Origin: Candidatus Omnitrophota bacterium
Lineage (GTDB): Bacteria > Omnitrophota > Gorgyraeia > Zapsychrales > JAHFFX01
NCBI GenBank assembly: GCA_023247705.1
Contig: JAHFFY010000003.1
Coordinates: 14,067-78,066 of the forward strand
Length of the DNA stretch: 64,000 nucleotides
Direction: 5' to 3'
In this document: in pieces, positions 57,600 to 64,000 of the stretch
How the letters are laid out: every line of letters starts with the position of its first letter
Position numbering within the stretch: position 1 is the first letter of the stretch
Translations under genes and position numbers: made by a program
The notes under the pieces: generated by a model
The model's database searches: none
What the model saw: only the letters and a program-made list of their open reading frames with translations
What the model was told of the DNA's origin: nothing

Positions 57600-58394
57600 T
57601 TATTTCTTTAGTTTTCGTAAAAGCAGTTCTTCTTTTTTCTCGAGGCGGCGCCATAACCCTGCCGACAAATTTCCAAGCTGCAAAGGCCCCTGACTGATTC
57701 TTGTTAAATCGATGACCCTGTGCCGGATCGTCTCCAGCATCAAACGGATTTGCCGTTTACGCCCCTCATGGATTGTGATCAAGAATTCACTCCGGCTCCC
57801 CATTGTTCTCACATCTCTAATCCGGGCCGGCGCAGTCAATTTGTCTTCGACCATAACGCCTTTTTCCAGGCGGATCTTCTCATCAACCCTGAGGATCCCG
57901 GAAATTCTGACAAAATACGTTTTGTCGATATTAAACTTCGGGTGCGTCAAACGATACGCAAGATCACCATCGTTAGTCAGAAGAAGCAATCCTTCCGTGT
58001 CCTTGTCCAAACGACCAACGGGTTTTAAATGTTTATACTCTTGCGGTAACAGATCCATCACCGTTTGTTCGTCATGGGCATCAGTGGTCGTTGTGACATA
58101 GCCGGCGGGCTTGTTAAGTATAATATAAACATATTCCTTCTGCCCGACAATTTTCCCCTCGAACTCCACCCGGTCGCGGTCGGGCAAAACCATCGTTGAC
58201 GGTTCGCGATTCAACGCACCGTTGACCTTCACGCGGCCCTGCTGAATCATCTCAAGCGCCTTGCGCCGGGAACAAACACCGTTATGCGAAAGAAAAACCT
58301 GCAGCCGCAGCGCTTTGGTTTCTCCTTCTGCGTTCGCTATGACAGACGGCGGTTGGGGCCGTTCAGATTTTTTTGCGTTGCCTAAGGGTTTCAT
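57600..58394 (-). CDS. RsuA/RluB-family rRNA pseudouridine synthase
   Basis: S4 domain (SRRKA...GRVKVNG), NKPAG, VGRLDKDTEGLLLLTND and EGRKRQIR motifs. Confidence 0.93.
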   Translation of the reverse strand: MKPLGNAKKSERPQPPSVIANAEGETKALRLQVFLSHNGVCSRRKALEMIQQGRVKVNGALNREPSTMVLPDRDRVEFEGKIVGQKEYVYIILNKPAGYVTTTTDAHDEQTVMDLLPQEYKHLKPVGRLDKDTEGLLLLTNDGDLAYRLTHPKFNIDKTYFVRISGILRVDEKIRLEKGVMVEDKLTAPARIRDVRTMGSRSEFLITIHEGRKRQIRLMLETIRHRVIDLTRISQGPLQLGNLSAGLWRRLEKKEELLLRKLKK

Positions 58395-59166
58395 AGATCA
58401 TAATCGCGGCGCTGGTCGAAACGTTTAAAGAATCAACCTGGCCGTGCATCGGGATTTTGACCTGCGTATCGGCATGATCGATCCAGAAACGGTTCAATCC
58501 GTTTTGTTCGCTCCCCAGGACAATCGCCAATGGAATTTTCAAATCAACCTGGGTGTAAACTTTTTTTGCCAAAGGAAGGGTTGTACAGATTGTAATCTTT
58601 TTCTCTTTTAAGAATTTCAGAATCGCTTCGCCGTCGCCTTCCACAACCGGCACGGTAAAAACCGCGCCTAAACTAGCGCGGATGACATTCGGGTTATAAA
58701 CATCTGTGCGCCCCGCGCACACTAAAAGGGCATCGATCCCGGCGGCGTCGGCAGTCCTTAAAATCGCGCCTAAATTCCCCGGCTTTTCCACTCCTTCCAC
58801 CATCACCAGCAACGGAATATTTTTAAATGAAATATCCCGCAAAGAAATCCGTTGAGGTTTAACAACCGCCAAAAGCCCTTCCTGCCGCTCTCCGAATGAG
58901 ATCTTGGAAAAAAGCTGTTTGGATACCTCCAGAACGATCGGTCCCCCTTTTTTCCAAGATAATAATTCACGATAAAAACCTTGATCGCACAATTCCGGGC
59001 AAACAAATATCTTTTCAACAGGGACATGCGCCTTAAGGACCTGTCGAATCTCCCGTTGTCCTTCGACAAGGGTCAGTCCCGTCTGATCGCGCATAGACCG
59101 GTCTCTTAACGCGATGATCTGTTTGATGTGCGTATTATGCGGGCTGGAAATGATTTCGTGCGGCAT
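58363..59166 (-). CDS. TrmH/SpoU family RNA methyltransferase
   Basis: PGNLGAILRTA, LGSEQ.GL and IPM.G.VDSLNVS motifs. Confidence 0.93.
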   Translation of the reverse strand: MPHEIISSPHNTHIKQIIALRDRSMRDQTGLTLVEGQREIRQVLKAHVPVEKIFVCPELCDQGFYRELLSWKKGGPIVLEVSKQLFSKISFGERQEGLLAVVKPQRISLRDISFKNIPLLVMVEGVEKPGNLGAILRTADAAGIDALLVCAGRTDVYNPNVIRASLGAVFTVPVVEGDGEAILKFLKEKKITICTTLPLAKKVYTQVDLKIPLAIVLGSEQNGLNRFWIDHADTQVKIPMHGQVDSLNVSTSAAIMIYETLRQRKKI

Positions 59167-60445
59167 AAGTTAAAACTTTTAATAAATGTTTGTTTTTAGA
59201 AAAATGTTCGGTCTGCCAGGAATCAATGATCTCTTCGCTGTATTCTTTCCAAAGCCGACGGTAATTGTCCCAGCCCAAACGCGGCCCGGCCCGGTTGACC
59301 CAAGGCGGATTAGAAAGGTAACTGAAAAGCCCGTCAGGAAACGTGCTGTTCTTGATCGCCTTGTACGTCCAGTACGTCCAGTGAAAACCGAACTCTGCAA
59401 AGCAAACCAACATATCTTTGACCCATTGATCTTCGCCGTAAATCCCCTGGCGCGCGTTGACCCCGAATTCTCCAACGAGAATGGGGCGGTTGCGTTCTTT
59501 GGCGATGGTGTGATAGGCTTTCAACATCTTGCGCATCAGGTTTCGGTTCCAGTGCTGGCTGGTTCGCGCCGACAACGGATAATGTAAATACGGAACAAAA
59601 TTAAAAGTAAAATCCGCTGGATGATACACGTGAATGCTCAAGACAATATTGTCATCAGTAAAATTATCCAGGCAATCAATATCAGTGGCCCATTTGTTTC
59701 CTTCAACAAACAGAATATGCCGGCGATCAACCGCTCTGATCGTCGCGATCAATTGTTTATAAAACCCGTTCAATAATTTCGTATCTTCCAAGACCGATTC
59801 GTTGAGAAGATCATAACCCGCCACCTGAAAATTATCTTTATAACGGTCGGCTAGAAATTCCCACAAGGCCAGGGTCCTTTTCTGAAAGCTCTTGTTTTTC
59901 CATAACAAGGCCTGGCCCAAACTGTCCGAATGCCAATCGTAATTCTGCGAACCGCAAGCGCCATGAAGATCGAGGATCACCCGGATTTTATATCTCTTAG
60001 CCCAGGCAAGGACCCGGTCTAAATATCCGACGCCGTTTTGATCATACTGATAAGGTTTACGTTCGATGAGCCGGTGATGAAACGGCACGCGGACGCAGTT
60101 CAGTCCCAACCCGGCGATGATTTTCAAATCCGATTCCCGGATAAAATGGTCACGAAAATATTTCTCAAAGGCCCTTAAAATATCTGGCCCCAACTGCGCG
60201 GCAAAATCTTTTTTAAAAACCTGCTCGGCAATATTCCGGGCGTGCATAATATAGCCTTCCATCATCAACCACCCACCGAGATTGACCCCCTTGAGGATGA
60301 CCGGCCGCGATGCCGCATCAACGATGGAACGGCCCTCAACGCGCAGAAAATCGTTGTTTGAAACAGGATTTAATTTTCCGGATGATTTCATAAATCTTAA
60401 ATGGCCCCCGCATATTTCAAAAAATTTGTGACTCCGGCGATCCAT
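59135..60445 (-). CDS. Glycoside hydrolase family 5
   Basis: GVNLGGWLMME, VRVP, ILDLHG, YDLLNE (acid/base), H.Y, VGEFG (nucleophile) and W.YW motifs. Confidence 0.9.
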   Translation of the reverse strand: MDRRSHKFFEICGGHLRFMKSSGKLNPVSNNDFLRVEGRSIVDAASRPVILKGVNLGGWLMMEGYIMHARNIAEQVFKKDFAAQLGPDILRAFEKYFRDHFIRESDLKIIAGLGLNCVRVPFHHRLIERKPYQYDQNGVGYLDRVLAWAKRYKIRVILDLHGACGSQNYDWHSDSLGQALLWKNKSFQKRTLALWEFLADRYKDNFQVAGYDLLNESVLEDTKLLNGFYKQLIATIRAVDRRHILFVEGNKWATDIDCLDNFTDDNIVLSIHVYHPADFTFNFVPYLHYPLSARTSQHWNRNLMRKMLKAYHTIAKERNRPILVGEFGVNARQGIYGEDQWVKDMLVCFAEFGFHWTYWTYKAIKNSTFPDGLFSYLSNPPWVNRAGPRLGWDNYRRLWKEYSEEIIDSWQTEHFSKNKHLLKVLTYAARNHFQPA

Positions 60446-61206
60446 CTTTCTTTTGAAACAATATGACTGTCATTATGTCCACCGGAAACTTCCAGAAACG
60501 CCTTCGGAGAGCCAGCCATATCAAATAACTTCTTACCTAATTTAAAAGGAATAACATCGTCCTGCGGACTATGGATGAATAATTTCGGGATAGAAATGCG
60601 AGGGATCTTCGATGCTGAATCCAGTTTGGTCTGGATCAAAAACGACGGGATAAAAGGATACATGGCCTTGCCCATATCCGCCGCTGAGCTAAAAGAAGAA
60701 TCAACGATCAAACAAGTCAATGGTCTTTTGGTCGCTAAATCGATCGCCACAGCGCCACCCAAAGAAGCGCCGTATACCCCGATCTTTCCGGGATCAATAT
60801 CATTTCTGGTCAATAAATAATCATAGGCCTGCAGGGCGTCTTCATATAAACCGTGCTCCGACGGCGTACCGTGACTTTTGCCGAACCCGCGGTAATCGAT
60901 AATGAAAACGTTCATACCGACATCGTAAAGAATTTTGATTTTATCTAGCCGGTCGGAAAGATTCCCCGCGTTTCCGTGGAGATAAATGAGGGTCTGTTTT
61001 GCCAGAGGGTTCTTGATCAACCAGCCGTTAATCAATACATGGTCTCTGGTCTTGAAATAAATATCCTCAAACTTCAATCCGATATCCCGGGGAGTCGATG
61101 TGATCTTTCTCGCCGGGTGAAACGCCGAAGATCTTTCCAGATAGCGGACAAAAGCGACAAAAGACAGCACAAGGACAAACAGTACTAATAAAATTTTCAT
61201 TTTCAT
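60397..61206 (-). CDS. Alpha/beta hydrolase (ABHD13/17-like)
   Basis: HGNAG, DYRGFG, GASLG nucleophile elbow, DDVIP and GGHND motifs. Confidence 0.9.
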   Translation of the reverse strand: MKMKILLVLFVLVLSFVAFVRYLERSSAFHPARKITSTPRDIGLKFEDIYFKTRDHVLINGWLIKNPLAKQTLIYLHGNAGNLSDRLDKIKILYDVGMNVFIIDYRGFGKSHGTPSEHGLYEDALQAYDYLLTRNDIDPGKIGVYGASLGGAVAIDLATKRPLTCLIVDSSFSSAADMGKAMYPFIPSFLIQTKLDSASKIPRISIPKLFIHSPQDDVIPFKLGKKLFDMAGSPKAFLEVSGGHNDSHIVSKERWIAGVTNFLKYAGAI

Positions 61207-61214
61207 GGGATGAG

Positions 61215-61296
61215 TACTTTGTCAAACCCGTTTTTAATAGTTGATCCCTCGATACTTTGAAGGAAATCAACGATTAAAAACAAAATTGACAAAGTA
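61215..61296 (+). mobile_element. MITE-A copy 4 (82 bp)
   Basis: TACTTTGTCAA...TTGACAAAGTA flanked by TGAG and TTAG; 8 nt from the hydrolase start codon. Confidence 0.9.
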
Positions 61297-61348
61297 TTAG
61301 AGATCAATGCGCAACGACCGTCCAGACATCGGCACTGAAATCAATGAG

Positions 61349-61843
61349 TTATTGATCAGTTTTGATCTCCTCCTGAGATTTTCGCTGAGGGATGAGACTG
61401 ATCATCAATCGAATCGCTCTTAAGATATCATCGATGCGGCAGGGTTTTGTGATATAGTGATCCGCTTCCAAGGAAAGGCCTTTTTGCATGTCACCTAATT
61501 CATTGAGCCCGGAAATAATAATCACCGGCTGCCATTTATTAGACGGCGGCGTTTCTCTCAACTTTTTTAAAACCGCAAACCCGTCCATCCCGGGCATCGT
61601 TAAATCCAGAAGAATCACATCCGGAGAATCACTGACAATCAGATCCCAGGCCTGCAATCCATCGGAGGCCGTGATCACTTCGTAGCCTTCCATACGGATT
61701 TTTTTGGCCATGATCTGCAATATTTCCGGTTCATCGTCGGCCATCAAAATTTTAATTTTCCCGCCGTCCATAATCAATCCTCCATCTCCATTCATTATTG
61801 ATTCGGTCCTGTTACTTACGGATTTTTTCTTTCCTGATCCCAC
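61349..61843 (-). CDS. Single-domain response regulator (CheY-like); true start probably downstream (MDGGKIK)
   Basis: ADDE, LLDLTMPGMDG, IISG and YITKP motifs; no output domain. Confidence 0.9.
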   Translation of the reverse strand: MGSGKKKSVSNRTESIMNGDGGLIMDGGKIKILMADDEPEILQIMAKKIRMEGYEVITASDGLQAWDLIVSDSPDVILLDLTMPGMDGFAVLKKLRETPPSNKWQPVIIISGLNELGDMQKGLSLEADHYITKPCRIDDILRAIRLMISLIPQRKSQEEIKTDQ

Positions 61844-62384
61844 CCCTTGCGGTCACTGTATCGATGCTATTGAGCGTTTTGGCGTTCTGTTTCAGGGAAG
61901 GAATATCCGTAACGCGCGCCGATGAATAATCTTTTAAGTCATAACTGATCTCTGTCGAAGGAATCGTATGCTTGTCGATCACCACCCTGGCTTTCTTAAA
62001 AAAATCCAACGCCAGTGTATCATGAAAATCGGAGAATACAACCACCCGGATGATTCCCGCCGTAATCAATGCCTTGGCACAGGTCGTGCACGGCATATTC
62101 GTCACATAGGCGGAGGCCCCTTCCACCGCATGACCGCGTCTCGCCGCCTGGATCAATGCGTTCATCTCAGCATGAACGGTCCTCATACAATGATTATCAA
62201 CGATTATGCATCCGACATCGTCACAATGATCGTCTCCCGGAATAGATCCGTTATATCCGCTGGCAATCACATTCTTGTTTTTCGCCAGGATACATCCGCA
62301 ATGCATCCGCGGACAGGTCGCCCGCTCGGAAGCCAGCATTGCCAATTTCAAAAAATATTCATCCCAGTCGGGTCGTATCGTCAT
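61812..62384 (-). CDS. dCMP deaminase / ComEB family
   Basis: RPDWDEYF, GYNG, HAEMNA and PCTTC motifs. Confidence 0.92.
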   Translation of the reverse strand: MTIRPDWDEYFLKLAMLASERATCPRMHCGCILAKNKNVIASGYNGSIPGDDHCDDVGCIIVDNHCMRTVHAEMNALIQAARRGHAVEGASAYVTNMPCTTCAKALITAGIIRVVVFSDFHDTLALDFFKKARVVIDKHTIPSTEISYDLKDYSSARVTDIPSLKQNAKTLNSIDTVTARGGIRKEKIRK

Positions 62385-62437
62385 TGATATTCTCCTTACA
62401 TGTTAGACATAAAAATCAAATTAAAAAATACTCTCCA

Positions 62438-63421
62438 TTAATAAACGCCGCGGATCAACGAAGCGACTTTCGTTTCATAAAACAATTTCAATTGATCATG
62501 CAATTCTTGGGAAAGCGGCTCCAAATCGATGGCAGAGGCGTTTTCTTTGACTTGATTGATCTTCGTCGCTCCCGGGATCACGACACTCACCGCGTCGAAA
62601 TCTAGGATCCAGCGCAACGCCATCTGACTCATGGTCATTCCTTGAGGGACCAGCGTTTTGAGTTCGTCGGCCAACGCCACTCCTTTCTCAAAAGGAATCC
62701 CGCTGAATGTTTCTCCGACATTAAAAGCCTTGCCGTCGCGATTATAAAAACGATGGTCTTGCGGATCAAAATTCGTTTTGGTCGTCATCTTCCCTGATAA
62801 TAACCCCGAAGAAAACGGCAACCGGACGATCACCGCGACCTTCTTCGCCTTGGCTTTCTCAAAAAGCGCTGAAATCGGTTTCTGCCGGAAGATATTGAAA
62901 ATGATCTGCAACGACGCGACATTGTCCTTCTCTAAACAAAATAAGGCATCTTCCATCGATTCGACACTGATCCCAAAATTTTTGACCTTTCCGTCTTTTT
63001 TCAAAATCGCAATCCATTCCCAGAGTTCGGTTTTTTTCAAAAAATCCGACGGAATACAATGGATCTGCATCAAATCAATGACATCGACTCCCAAACGTTC
63101 CAAAGAACTATCGATAAAGGTACGGAAAGAATAAAGCGAAAAATTTTTGGGCCAGCCGGGTCTTGGGGACTGCCCCATTTTCGTCGCGACAAAAATCTTT
63201 TCGAAACATTCCTTTCGAAACTGCCCGATCCTCGTTTCACTTAGACCATGACCATACACATCGGCGGTATCAAAAAAATTGATCCCCTGGTCAACGGCGG
63301 ATCTTAAAACAGCCCGCGCACTCCGGTCATCCAAACCACCCCAATCCGGCCCCAGCTGCCAGGTTCCCAATCCAATCTCAGATACTTTAAATCCCGTCTG
63401 TCCTAATTGCCTGTGTTTCAT
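62438..63421 (-). CDS. Aldo/keto reductase
   Basis: GLGTW, DTADVYG.G.SE, ATK and VIPGA motifs. Confidence 0.93.
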   Translation of the reverse strand: MKHRQLGQTGFKVSEIGLGTWQLGPDWGGLDDRSARAVLRSAVDQGINFFDTADVYGHGLSETRIGQFRKECFEKIFVATKMGQSPRPGWPKNFSLYSFRTFIDSSLERLGVDVIDLMQIHCIPSDFLKKTELWEWIAILKKDGKVKNFGISVESMEDALFCLEKDNVASLQIIFNIFRQKPISALFEKAKAKKVAVIVRLPFSSGLLSGKMTTKTNFDPQDHRFYNRDGKAFNVGETFSGIPFEKGVALADELKTLVPQGMTMSQMALRWILDFDAVSVVIPGATKINQVKENASAIDLEPLSQELHDQLKLFYETKVASLIRGVY

Positions 63422-63423
63422 CC

Positions 63424-63999
63424 TCAGGAGACCTTTTTGACAAACTCAAATCCGTTCCATTTAAAGTTATCTTCCTTAAAATCCGCAAATGCTTTCGGAT
63501 CTGTCACTTGATTTTCGCATAACCAGCGGACAAACCGACCCTTAATGAATTTTCCGTCATGACCGGCAGGGATTCTTTTCTCTTTTCTGATATAAACAAA
63601 ATCAACGGATATTCCCTGTTCATACTCCACCGCTTTCCGGTGGGCAAGTGGCAAAAGATCAATCACAAAAAAATTTCTCAAGTCCTGGGCAATAATCGGC
63701 CGCCAATGCTTTTGGGCATCCAATTTTTCGATCTTTAATTTATAGTCGGGAATCAAATCAAGCGGTTCAATTAAACCAAACATGGCTGAAACGATTCGGA
63801 CATGCTCCTGCAAAAATTCTTTGGCGGCAGGATTTAATAATTCATAACCGATCCCGTCATACACAACTCCCGCGTAGCGTTCGATGGCCGGCATGGTCGG
63901 AGTATTTAAAATATTTTTATTGGTCTCAATCGCTTCGGACAGTGCTTTCCCTTTGACCCCGAAGAGCTGCTCAGGTTGTCCGGAATAATTATGCAATCG
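63424..63999 (-). CDS. yaaA: YaaA/DUF328 peroxide stress protein; 5' end outside the window
   Basis: PAIERYAGVVY, IVSAMFGL..P.D.IP.YKL and K..KG.F motifs. Confidence 0.85.
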   Translation of the reverse strand, partial: RLHNYSGQPEQLFGVKGKALSEAIETNKNILNTPTMPAIERYAGVVYDGIGYELLNPAAKEFLQEHVRIVSAMFGLIEPLDLIPDYKLKIEKLDAQKHWRPIIAQDLRNFFVIDLLPLAHRKAVEYEQGISVDFVYIRKEKRIPAGHDGKFIKGRFVRWLCENQVTDPKAFADFKEDNFKWNGFEFVKKVS

Positions 64000-64000
64000 G

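Overview
Mostly coding bacterial chromosome segment with most genes on the minus strand. The gene mix (PtsP, three AsmA-like proteins, several YfhO/GT-C membrane proteins, an orphan secretin, a GH94 phosphorylase, a DUF4032-PilZ-type fusion) suggests a diderm such as Ca. Omnitrophota; this taxonomy is inference only. Positions 1-4933 are the right end of an integrated element (AbiEii/AbiEi type IV TA pair, TPR protein, DUF2924, large serine recombinase) that abuts the 3' end of tRNA-His through a run of five palindromes. The rest is host chromosome: tRNA-Arg(UCU), tRNA-Pro(UGG), a secretin-amidase-murI-queDCEF-rph-rdgB operon, repair and RNA-modification genes, a secreted subtilase, and beta-glucan-related GT2, GH94 and GH5 genes. 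Four features not visible in the ORF track stand out. (1) At least four kinds of miniature non-autonomous elements: an 82-bp MITE in 4 copies with YTAR-type target duplications, a 91-bp TA-flanked element nested in one copy, a 77-bp element sharing a CTAG target with another copy, and long hairpins built from 7-9-nt tandem units. (2) A sigma70 promoter followed by two tandem terminators with overlapping ANTAR-like hexaloop hairpins, ahead of an unannotated 59-aa membrane protein. (3) A promoter followed at once by a terminator in front of a processive GT2. (4) Two AsmA-like lipid-bridge proteins lengthened by tandem repeats (7 x ~39 aa and 6 x ~127 aa). No rRNA, CRISPR array or transposase was seen.
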